The position numbers and the translations under genes are program-made. Positions 40,385-64,000 of a DNA stretch of 64,000 bases are shown here, one piece after another. Under the pieces are notes generated by a model. It saw only the letters and a program-made list of their open reading frames with translations, did not search any database and was not told where the DNA came from. The first letter of the stretch is position 1. Every line of letters starts with the position of its first letter. Source of the DNA: the human T2T-CHM13v2.0 reference genome, Homo sapiens; NCBI RefSeq assembly GCF_009914755.1, contig NC_060925.1, one strand, 5' to 3'.

Positions 40385-43300
40385 TTAATTTTTACGTTTT
40401 AATAATTCACATACAATCTTAACTCAGAAAAAGAGAGGTCCCTTGTACGCCTTACTCCGTTTCCTCCAATGGTAACATCTTGGTAATATTTCCAAAATGG
40501 TAATATTTGCAAATAGTGGCCGGGCGTGGTGGCTCACACCTGTAATCCCAGCACTTTGGGAAGCTGAAGTGGGTGGATCATGAGGTCAGGAGATCGAGAC
40601 CATCCTGGCTAACACAGTGAAACCCCGTCTCTACTAAAAATATAAAAAATTAGCTGGGTATGGTGGCGGGCACCTCTAGTCCCAGCTACTCAGGAGGCTG
40701 AGGCAGGAGAATGGTGCGAACCCAGGAGACGGAGGTTGCAGTGAGCCAAGATCGCGCCACTGCACTCCAATCTGGGCGACAGAGGAAGACTCCGTCTCAG
40801 AAAAATGAATGAATGAATAAATAAATAAAATTTGCAAATATTGCAAATGCCACAGTACCAGGAGATTGACATTTATACAAGCAAGGTACAGAACATTTCC
40901 GTCAACACCGGGATTCATCATGTTGCCTTTTTATAGTCATGACCCCTTCTATTCAGTGCTGCTCCTCCTTCCCTCCTTAACCCCTGGCAACTACTAATCT
41001 ATTCCCCACTCTTATAATTTATTCATTTCAAGAATGTTACTTAAATGGAATTCTACATGTAACCTTTGGGATTACCCTTCGTCCACTCACCATAATTCTG
41101 TGGAGATTCGTCCAGGTTATTGTGGGTATCAATCATTTGTTGTTTTTTTAAAAAAAATTACTGAGGACTATTTGATGCTGTGGATATATACCACAGTTTA
41201 ACCATTCATCTCACAAAAGTCGTGTATACATTGTTTCCCCAGTTTTGGCTATTAAAAACAAGGCTGCTATAAACTTGAAGTACATGGGTTTTGTGTGAAC
41301 ATAAGATTCTATTTCTCTGTGATAAATGCAGGGAATGTAATTCCGAGGTGGTATGGTAGTTGCACATAGAGTTTTAAAAGTAAAAATTATACAGATATTC
41401 TCCAGAGTGGGCTGTAATCTTTTACATCCCCACCAGCAATGTATGAGTGATCCAGCTTTCTCTGAATCCTTGACAGCACTTGATGTGGTCACACTTTTAT
41501 GTTGGCCATTCTGATAGGTACGTAGCAATTTCTCATTGTTTTAATTAGTAAATCACTAGTGGCTAATAATGTTCTGATTTCAACATATGAATTTGGGGGG
41601 GCTGGGCACAATGCATCCCATAACAATGTGTATTCTGGTGTGGTTGGGTGTTCTAAAATTGCCAATTTAAGTCCCGCTGGTTGATCGTGTTGTTGGGTTC
41701 TTCTGTATTCTTGCTGATTTTCTATCTGGTTGTTGTATAAATTGTTGAGAAAGGGGGACATTGAAGCATACAGCTGTATTTGTGGATTTGTCTAGTTCTC
41801 TGTTAAGTACTTTCAGTTGTTCTTGCGTAGACATTTATGAATTTGTCAGGCGAGGAGTTGGTGGATTGGTCCTTTGCACATTATATAGTCTCCCTCTCTG
41901 TCTCTGATTAGTTTATTTGTTCTGAAATATACTATATCTGGCATTAATATAGCCAGTCTTGCTTTCCTTTGGCTAAGGTTTGCATGATATATCTTTTCCC
42001 ACCCTTTTCATTTCAACTTGCCTGTATCATCATATTTGAAGTTAGTCTCTTTGTAGCCAGTATGTAGTTGGTTCGTGTCCATTAACCTACTCTGCCAGCC
42101 TGTGTCTTGCAACTGGTATACTTAGGCCATTGATATTTAATGATATTGACATGGTAGGGCTTAAATCTGCCATTTTATTTTTCCTTTTCTGTTTGTTCTC
42201 CCTGGTTTCGTTTTCTGGATATGCTTTCTTTTTCTTACCTTCCTGTCATGACTTGAACATCTTTGAGAATGGTGTTTTGCCTTATCCATAGTGCTTTTGA
42301 GTATGTCTGTTTGTATAGCCCTCTTGGTTTTTCCAGACATTCGTATATCTGTGCATCTATATCTTAACCACACGGTATACTGGTGTCATTGTTTTACCAA
42401 TTTGAGTGAATGATAGACGAGTTACCTCCCTTGTAGGTCTCTTTACCCTCCCAGTTTATAACCATTTCAAACATTTTCTTTATGGAGAGTTAGAACCACA
42501 TTGAATGGTGCTATGATTTTTTTCTGAAACCGTCAAGCATAGTTTAGAAAACTCAAGAGGAGAAGGAAGGCCTATTTTGCTGTTTTCTTTCTTTCCGATG
42601 TCCCAAGGTTCCTTCTTTAATCATTTCCTTTCCGTCTAGAGAACTCCCCTTAGCCCTTCTTTTAGGGTAGAACTGCTGGTCAGAGATGTCCTTAGCTTTT
42701 CTTAATCTGAAACTGTTTTGATCTTCTCCTTAATCCCTGAAAGATGTTTCTGCTGGAGAGAGGAGTCTGGGCTGACAATTTTCTTCTGCGGCTTGAAAAG
42801 CACTGCACAACTTCTTTCTGCCTCCGTGGTTTCTGATGAGAAAGCCATCATCGTCGGAATTGTTTTTCCTTTCTAGGTAAGGTGTCACCTTTCTCTGTTG
42901 CTTTCAATATATTTTCTTTGTCTTTAGTTTCCAACATTTTATTTTTTCACGTGTCTTGCCATAGACCTCTTTGGGTTTTATCCTATTTGGGGTCCTCACA
43001 GCTTCTTAAGCATATAGGTTTATGTCTCTTGCCAACTCTGGGAAGCTTTTAGCCATTTACTTCTTTATGTTTTCAGGCTTGTCCTCTTCCTCTTCCCCTT
43101 CCAGACATAGATGACAACATGAAAGTGAGACCTTTTGAGGTAGTTTCACAGGTGCCTGAGGTTCTATTCACTTTCTCCCCGAGTCTATTTTTTCCCTGCT
43201 AAGATTGTGTAATTTCTACTTTTTCATTGGCAGTGGATGGATTTCCTTGCTCTGCACCATCCATTCTGCTGTTGAGCCTATGTGCCAGACTTTTTATTTT

Positions 43301-43745
43301 GGTGGTTGTATTTTTCCACTTCTAATACTTCATTTGGTTCTCCCTTAAGTCTTGTATTTATTTGCTAAGACTTTCTACTTGTCCATTTATTTCAAGTGTG
43401 CTCATAATTACTCGCTAAATCATTTTCATCAGGCTTGCTTGCTTTAAAATGTTTGTCAGACAATCCCAGCGCTTCTCTCATTTTATTGCCAGTGTGTGCT
43501 TGCTGCCTATTTTCATTCAGTATGAGATTTTCCTGGTTCTTGGTATGATGAATGATTTTCAATGGAAACTTGGACTTTTGGGTATTATGTTATCAGACTG
43601 TCGATTTTATTGAAACCTTCTGTTTTAACTACCTTTTTCTGAGTCTGCTTCTGCAGGGGAGGGGAGTGGTGCCATCTCATTGTAGCCAGGTGTGTGTAGA
43701 AATCCAGGTTTCTCATCTGATCCACCTCTGTTGACACCCTGAGTG
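40385..43745 (-). mobile_element. Long degraded L1MC/L1M fragments with one plus Alu (40518-40830)
   Basis: T-rich reverse L1 (tttcctccaatggtaacatcttg; acatccccaccagcaatgtatgag; gtttctgatgagaaagcc). Confidence 0.8.
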
Positions 43746-44392
43746 GAGGGCCTGAGAGGAAAGAGCCTGCTGATCAGGCCCCTCGACTTGAGTGAAGGGC
43801 AGGCAGGGAGGGTCCTATGGCTCCTGGGAGGAGCCGAAGGGTGGATCGCCTGTCAAAGCCAAGAGCCCTGATGGCGGGCGCCAGGGAAAAGGCCCTGAGG
43901 CGGGGTCACAGCCCTGGAGGGGCAGCGTCCACACTCCTGCACAGTGCAGGGCACCTGGGACTCTCAAAACCCGCCGGCTGCTGCACCTTCTGGGACCGGG
44001 AGAGTGTCAGCTGGGTGAATCCCGCACACGGGCGCGGGGGCGCGGCGCGTAGTTGTGGAACCGGATACCCCGCGGGCTGCTGGCTCCAGCGCCTCCACCT
44101 GCCACTGGGCCAACCCCCTGGGCCTCCTCCAGCTTCTGCTCCCGCCAGCTCAGCTGCTGGGAGAGCTGGCCCCCACCCAGAGACTCAGCAGAACTCCCAG
44201 CATCCCCCAGCTTGTTGATCGTGCAGCACCCCAACTCTGGGCCTAACCCAGTCCTGGCAGAAAGCCTGGGTTCGAGCCCAGGGTCTGCCCTGATGTGCTA
44301 TATGTGCTTGGGCAAGTCATGACCTTCTCTAGCTCTGCAATGCACGTGTGTACAAAAACCAGGGCCCGGCCGGACACGGTGGTGCACGCCTA

Positions 44393-44723
<331 letters not shown>

Positions 44724-44944
44724 CTAAGAAGAGAAGCTGAATATATAAAACAGACCCAAGTGCAGCTGCTCAGCAGGCCTCAAGGTGGAGACCTGCACCC
44801 TGCTTCTTGCACCCCCTACCCCATCCTCTAGAGGCCCCTCCCAGAAACCCAGGCACTCCAGGATAGACCTTGCATGAAGGTCCCTGGATCCCTGAAAATG
44901 AGACATTAAGGTCTCTTCCAGATGTGATGTTCCCAAAAGTCTAA

Positions 44945-45180
<236 letters not shown>

Positions 45181-45506
45181 TAGAGATAGGGTTTCACCGT
45201 GTTAGCCAGGATGGTCTTGATCTCCCGACCTCAGGTGATCCACCCGCCTCGGCCTCCCAAAGTGCTGGGATTATAGGCGTGAGCCACTGCACCCAGCTAG
45301 CCCCATGCTATAGATGGGGCAACTGAGGTATGGGGAGGTTGGGCAGCTTGTCCAAGGTCCCCAGCTAGCAGAAGTGGGGCTGGATTTAACCAAGAAGCAG
45401 GCTCCAGTGCCTGTGACTTAACCCAGGACTGGATGCAGGGGGCTGGGAGCCCAGCCTGCCCCACATGCTCTCCACACCACCCCACACACAGCTTGGCCCA
45501 CCTGCG

Positions 45507-53157
<7,651 letters not shown>

Positions 53158-55584
53158 GTCCTGGGGCGCGGGGATCACAGAGTCTAGCGGGGGTCCTTTG
53201 AGGCCTCCAGAGCCCACCTACTCTCTTCTGGTTCCAGGGATACACACTAGCCTACGCTAGGCGGGGTCCAGGGCCTGGACCTGGCCTGGGGCAGGATAGG
53301 GGCCTAGGCCTGAGAGCCAGGCTCCCGCTCCCCTCCTATGTGCCCTCACCACCCTCTGAGCCCTCACCTCCCTGGGGTCCCGGACAACTCCTATCAAAGC
53401 CCCCCGGATGCCAGACAAACCCCCAGGCACACTAGTCTCCTGGGTTCTGATCCCACCCCCAGGGCTCCTAGGCTCCTCCCCCTTGCATCCTGGTTCCACT
53501 CTCAGACTCCTCCCTACCCTGGCTCTGCCCCTAGTTCCCAAGCTCTGATTCCCCTTGCTAGACCTTTTCCCAGGGTCCTGGCTCTGTAGACCAGGGACCT
53601 GTCTCCCTCTCTACCAGGACCCTAACACTGCCGCAGCCTCCTCCCTCCACCTGCCCAAGCGCCCACCCCCAGCTGCCCAAGCACCCCTACTTCTGGGCTG
53701 GCTTCACCGCAGAGCTCTCGGCCACCTCCTTCGGGATCCTGACACCCTCAGACACTTTCTCAGAGCTCTGGCTGCACCCCAAGGCGCTCGGACTCCTCCC
53801 CCGGACCCTGGCCCCGGACCTGCCCCCGCCCCGCCCCTACCCGGAGGGCGCCAGACGCTCCCTCCAGGCCTCTGGCTGAGCCCAGAACGCTCAAGCCCCT
53901 TCCTACCTGGACCTGCAGCTCGTGCTTGTGTAAGGTGGAGTGGATCAGGGCGAGCGTGGAGGAGTCTGAGCAGGCCGGGGAGGGGCCTCGGCCGGGCGAG
54001 GAGCGCCGCGGTGGGGACGGGGTCTGCTGGGCCGAGAGCCCCCGCAGGCTGCCGAAGGAGTCATCCGCGGTGCGCTCGGAGCCGCTCAGCTGGACGCCGC
54101 TCTGTGTCCGACAGGACGGACTGAGGGTAGGGGAGGCAGGCAGAAGAAGGCCTCAGAGTTAGGAACCGCAGTGTTAGCTGGCAAAGACGCCCAGGTGAGG
54201 CTGGGGGCCGCCTCATCCCAAATGCTCCCTCTTACAAGAATCCTTCCTGATTTCACCTCCTCCGCTAGCTCAGTCCTCAGCTCACAGGTGGCCTCCAAAA
54301 GGGCCGTGCCTCCCCTCTGAGACTGGGGGCTCCCCAGGGCCGGGGGTGCTGAGCAGCTACAGCCTGGGTCCCAGGCCCCCACCCATTTGCAGTTCAGTCC
54401 CAGGCCACCAAAAGTCGTGGCGGGGGAGCCCAGGACTGCCTGGCAGTGCCCTGTCTTCCCACCTCTTTGGGCTCACACCTGTGCCAGGTCCCTTAGGCTC
54501 TGCTGTAGCCCCTCTCCGTCCTCTGTCTCCAGGGCCACCTGCTCCTGTAGCCGCAGGGATTCCTGGAGTGTAGTTAGGGAGACAAAGGGTGGTCCTGGTT
54601 CTGTCTTATCTGAAACCTCCCATTCCCCTCCCTTCCTGGTCCACCACTGACCAGGTGGCCTCTGAAGCTATGTCCATAGGCCAGACATCTGGTAGACCCC
54701 ACAGCAGGCCCGAGGCCCTCAATGAACAGACCAGGCGCAGAGAACAGCTGTGTCCTGCCCCAGGTCACACAGTCGATTGGAGGAGAGCCGGACCTAGAAC
54801 CCAGGCCAGGCCCCACACAGAGGGGTGACCAAACCAGGCTGTACCCTGGGGGAGTGAGTGTCCCACTAGTGGGGATGGGCAGCTGGGATTCCAGAGGCAG
54901 CATCTGGACCTGGAGAGCACGGATGGGAGTTCAAGTCCCGACTCTCCAGCTTACTGGCTCTGAGACTGGACAAGCATTTCCCCTCTTGGGCCTCAGTTTC
55001 CCCATCTGTGTCATGAGGATTATGCTACAGGGCTGCTGGGAGGAAGAAATGGGATGGAGGAGGTGAATGTTCTTACCACAAAGCCTGCACACCTGTGAGG
55101 GCTGAACCTGAGTGTGAGTGGGATGCTGGGGGTGGTCCAGGCAGCCCAGCCCTAAGCCTGCGTCCATGGATCTGGCCGGTACCCCATCCCACCCTGCCCC
55201 ATCTCAGGGGCAGCTGCAGCTCACCAGGGCCTCAAGCTTCTCAGTGAGGTCCGTGTTGACCTGATCCTTCTCCGGATTCTGCTTCTGAAGACGCTTCACT
55301 GCCAGGCCCAGCTCTGTCACTCTGGAGTTGGGGGAGCAACAGAGGTGAATACGGGACCACCCCAGCCTCTCAAATCCACTAGCTCTGTGTCCACCATGCT
55401 TCTCCAAACCCGAGGGAGGGACCCTAACATCCACCTCCCTGGCTGTGTGACCTTAAACAAGTTGTGGCTCCTCTCCAGACCTCACACTTCTCATCTGTGA
55501 AATGGGAATGAGGTTCCCACCAGCTTTATCTCATGGGAAAACACTGGAGGACTTGTCCAGGTGGCAGGAGTAAGGGGCACAAGT

Positions 55585-60015
<4,431 letters not shown>

Positions 60016-60962
60016 TAACCTGTCTTTAAAATCAGGAGGATGATAGCACCTACCACATGCAGTTATCACCAGGAATAAAGGTCAACGCACACCGTGCACG
60101 TGGTACATGCTACGCATTGATAAAGACCAGCTATTGTGATGATGGCTATTTACTTCTGCTAACAGGCTCCCTTGGACAGTGCTCCCTCTCCCTCTCCAGG
60201 CTTCTGAGTCCTCCCTCCTCTGCAGTGCCCCTCCCCTTGGGTCAGGCTGGCCTCCCTGCACCCCCATGCCCACCTCCTCCTCGCGCCTCCACGCCGCCTC
60301 CCGCTGCTCCAGCTCCTTGCGGCTGCGTGTCCAGTCATTGGTCACCTTTTGTATGTCCTCACTCAGAGCCTGGTTGGCCGAGCCTGCCTGGTCCAGATGT
60401 TCTCGGAGCATGGCTTTCACCTGGGCCAGGCTGGCACTCCTGAATAGGGCAAAGGGGATCAGTAGGCGCTCGCCCAGGGGGCCATGCTGCCAGCCCTGGC
60501 CCTCCCTGTTGTGCCCCCACCTCTGCGGCTCCTCCTCCAGCCGGATGAGGGCACTCTGCAGGTCTTGGCTGTGCTCTGTGTCCTGGGTGGGAGAGAGGTT
60601 AAAGCATCAGGCAGGGCAGGTGGAGGGCAGGGGCAGGCCTGCCCCTGCCCCACCCTGGCACCCACCCTTAGCCGCTGCTGCTCCAGCTCTCCGGATCTCT
60701 CCAGCAGCTGCTGCTCCAGCTCCGAGTACCTCTTCTTGTACTGGAGAATGTGGGGATGGGGAGCTGATGGTGACCCCCATGGGTGGGGGCAGGGCAAAAT
60801 GAACATGTGGGAGGGCAGGAGCAGGAGTGGGTGGCCCCGACCTTGCCCTGCAGCCGCTGCACACAAGCTGGGCCTGCCGCTGCTGGCCCTCCAGGTAGGC
60901 CTGCAGCTTGCGCTGGTAGGAGGCCTGCTCCTCCTGTAGCTGCCTCTGCAACTCCAGGCTCT

Positions 60963-61125
60963 GGGGTGGGGGCTGAGGAGGGAGGGGATGGAAAAGGACA
61001 GGAGAGGAGGGAAGCAGAGGTGGGGAGCCAAAGGAAGAGGAAGGATGAAGAGAGGGGAGGAGAAGGGAGAGAAAGGGAGGGAGGAGAGAGAAGAGGGAAT
61101 GGGGGGAGGAAAGGAGGGGAGGCAG
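60963..61125. repeat. Polypurine G/A-rich low-complexity tract
   Basis: ~160 bp almost all G/A on plus; forms the extended pyrimidine tract before the first pseudogene exon on minus. Confidence 0.85.
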
Positions 61126-61746
61126 CTGGAGGTCAGGACCTCACACACTCTTCACCCTCCGCAGGTTGTTGGGTCCTAGAGCCCTCCAAGCCCAGGGGGT
61201 GGGGTCAGTAGCCACGTAGTGCGAAAGGCCAGAGTCCTAAGTATTTGGGATCATCTTTGCTGGCCCAGAACGGGGGTCACAAGGTTAGCTAAGAATGAGA
61301 GGATTTACGTTTTCCCACAACAGGTGTAGGGCAAAGAATGCAGGCTGTGAGATCAGCCAGGCCAGGCTTGGCACTTAGTTGGGCAAGAGCGGTCCAGCCT
61401 GGACTGATGAGCATTTATGCAACACCTGCAGCATTCCTAGGTCTGACCTAGACAGAGTGGTAGAGCCTCGAACTACAAATGCCCTAGCCTTGCCCTTCAG
61501 GCACTTATTGGGAAGCTTCTGGCCCCTTCACACCCACCCCAGCCCCTACTAGCTGGGTGCACCAGGGACAGTGACTCTGCCTCTCTCTGAGACTCAGTGT
61601 CCTCTTACGTAAGATGTGAATAATATTGGTACTCACCTCACAGAGCTGTCCGGGGATGAAACAGAATATCGTGTGTGCATAACCAGCACATGACACGGTG
61701 CCGGGGGGACACACGGTCAACACTCAAGAAATACTCATTTCCTTCA

Positions 61747-63272
<1,526 letters not shown>

Positions 63273-63354
63273 ATGCGACTGATAGTACCTACCACACCTG
63301 GCAGGTGGTGAGCTATTAGCCAATGGTGGCTGCTGTTCCTATTGTCATTAGCAT

Positions 63355-63528
63355 CACGTGTCTGGCCTCCTGCCCTTAGAGTTGTAAGCCCTGAAAAAGG
63401 ACAGGAATTGCTCACTCGAGGAGCTCAGCTTTTAAGACACAAGTCTCCTGAAGTTCCCGGCCGAATAAAGCTCCTTCCTTCTTTAACCTGGTGACTGAGG
63501 AGTTTTGCCTGCGGCTCGTCCTGCTACA
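63355..63528 (+). mobile_element. 3' part (R-U5) of an ERV1 LTR of LTR2/LTR15 type
   Basis: caggaattgctcactcgaggagctc...cccggccgAATAAAg...gaggagttttgcctgcggctcgtcctgctaca terminus. Confidence 0.75.
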
Positions 63529-64000
63529 CTGCTATGCCTCAGCCCTTGACCTCTGGGTGCCCGCTGCTCCATGCTGTGCCCCAAAGGGGGCATATTCACA
63601 TTATCTCATTAAATCCTTACTTCAACCCATTTCCAGATGAGAAAACTGAGGCTCAGAGAGATTGGGCTCTCACCTATTCAAGGCGACATGCTTCAGGGAA
63701 GTGGTGAGCCCAAAGCTCATTCCACTTAGACCAGCAGCCTCCCAATGAGTGACTGAAGGGCAAGGCCGAGGCATTTGTGCTTTGAGGCTCTACTTCTGTA
63801 TCCAGGTCAGACCCAGAATGCCACGGTGCTGTATAAATGCTCATCAGTCCAGGCTGGACCGCTCATGCCCAACTAAGGAACCTGCCCTGCAAATGGAAAA
63901 CCAAGAAACAGGGCCAAAAAGATAAATGTTGCCAAGTTGCAATGGCAAGCAAGCCAGATTTGGGCAAAACCAAACCAGCCACTGGCCAGGTGCGGTGGCT

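Noticed and set aside
60179-61211. Long GC-rich ORFs on the plus strand (207, 151, 142 aa; also 45465-45821 and 53555-54124)
   Set aside because: Antisense shadows of rootletin-derived exons and low-complexity DNA.
61388-61426. Hammerhead-like string GTC...CTGATGA-gcatttatgc-AAC in the inverted repeat arm
   Set aside because: The essential GAAA after stem II is missing and stem I does not close after the GUC, so it is not a credible ribozyme.

Overview
Primate, most likely human 1p36.13, genomic DNA that is very rich in Alus; the locus is recognised from recall, not from a search. It has four parts. (1) The 5' end of SPATA21 on the minus strand, with the first coding exon MDNRNTQMYTE at 1016-1100. 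(2) The complete 8-exon NECAP2 gene on the plus strand, with CpG-island promoter, a spliced CDS of 792 nt (263 aa, 10443-28576) and a polyA signal at 29742. (3) A LTR/Alu-rich spacer, then an abrupt switch at a truncated Alu (~36872) to an AT-rich LTR/L1 block. (4) An unprocessed, partially duplicated rootletin (CROCC) pseudogene on the minus strand (44071-60960, probably CROCCP3) with 15 recognisable exons carrying frameshifts, stops and dead splice acceptors. Most ORFs in the supplied track are Alu/L1 artefacts. I see no evidence of a wholly new multi-gene system. The best leads are: a dual-coded NECAP2 last exon whose alternative frame carries adaptor-binding-like motifs (EDEALL, WPVF); a residual spliced 276/287-aa ORF in the pseudogene; recurrent microhomology deletions; a ~150-bp inverted duplication; local templated duplications; and a full-length piggyBac MITE (MER75). 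Comparisons to CROCC and repeat-family names rest on my recall of those sequences and should be checked by alignment.
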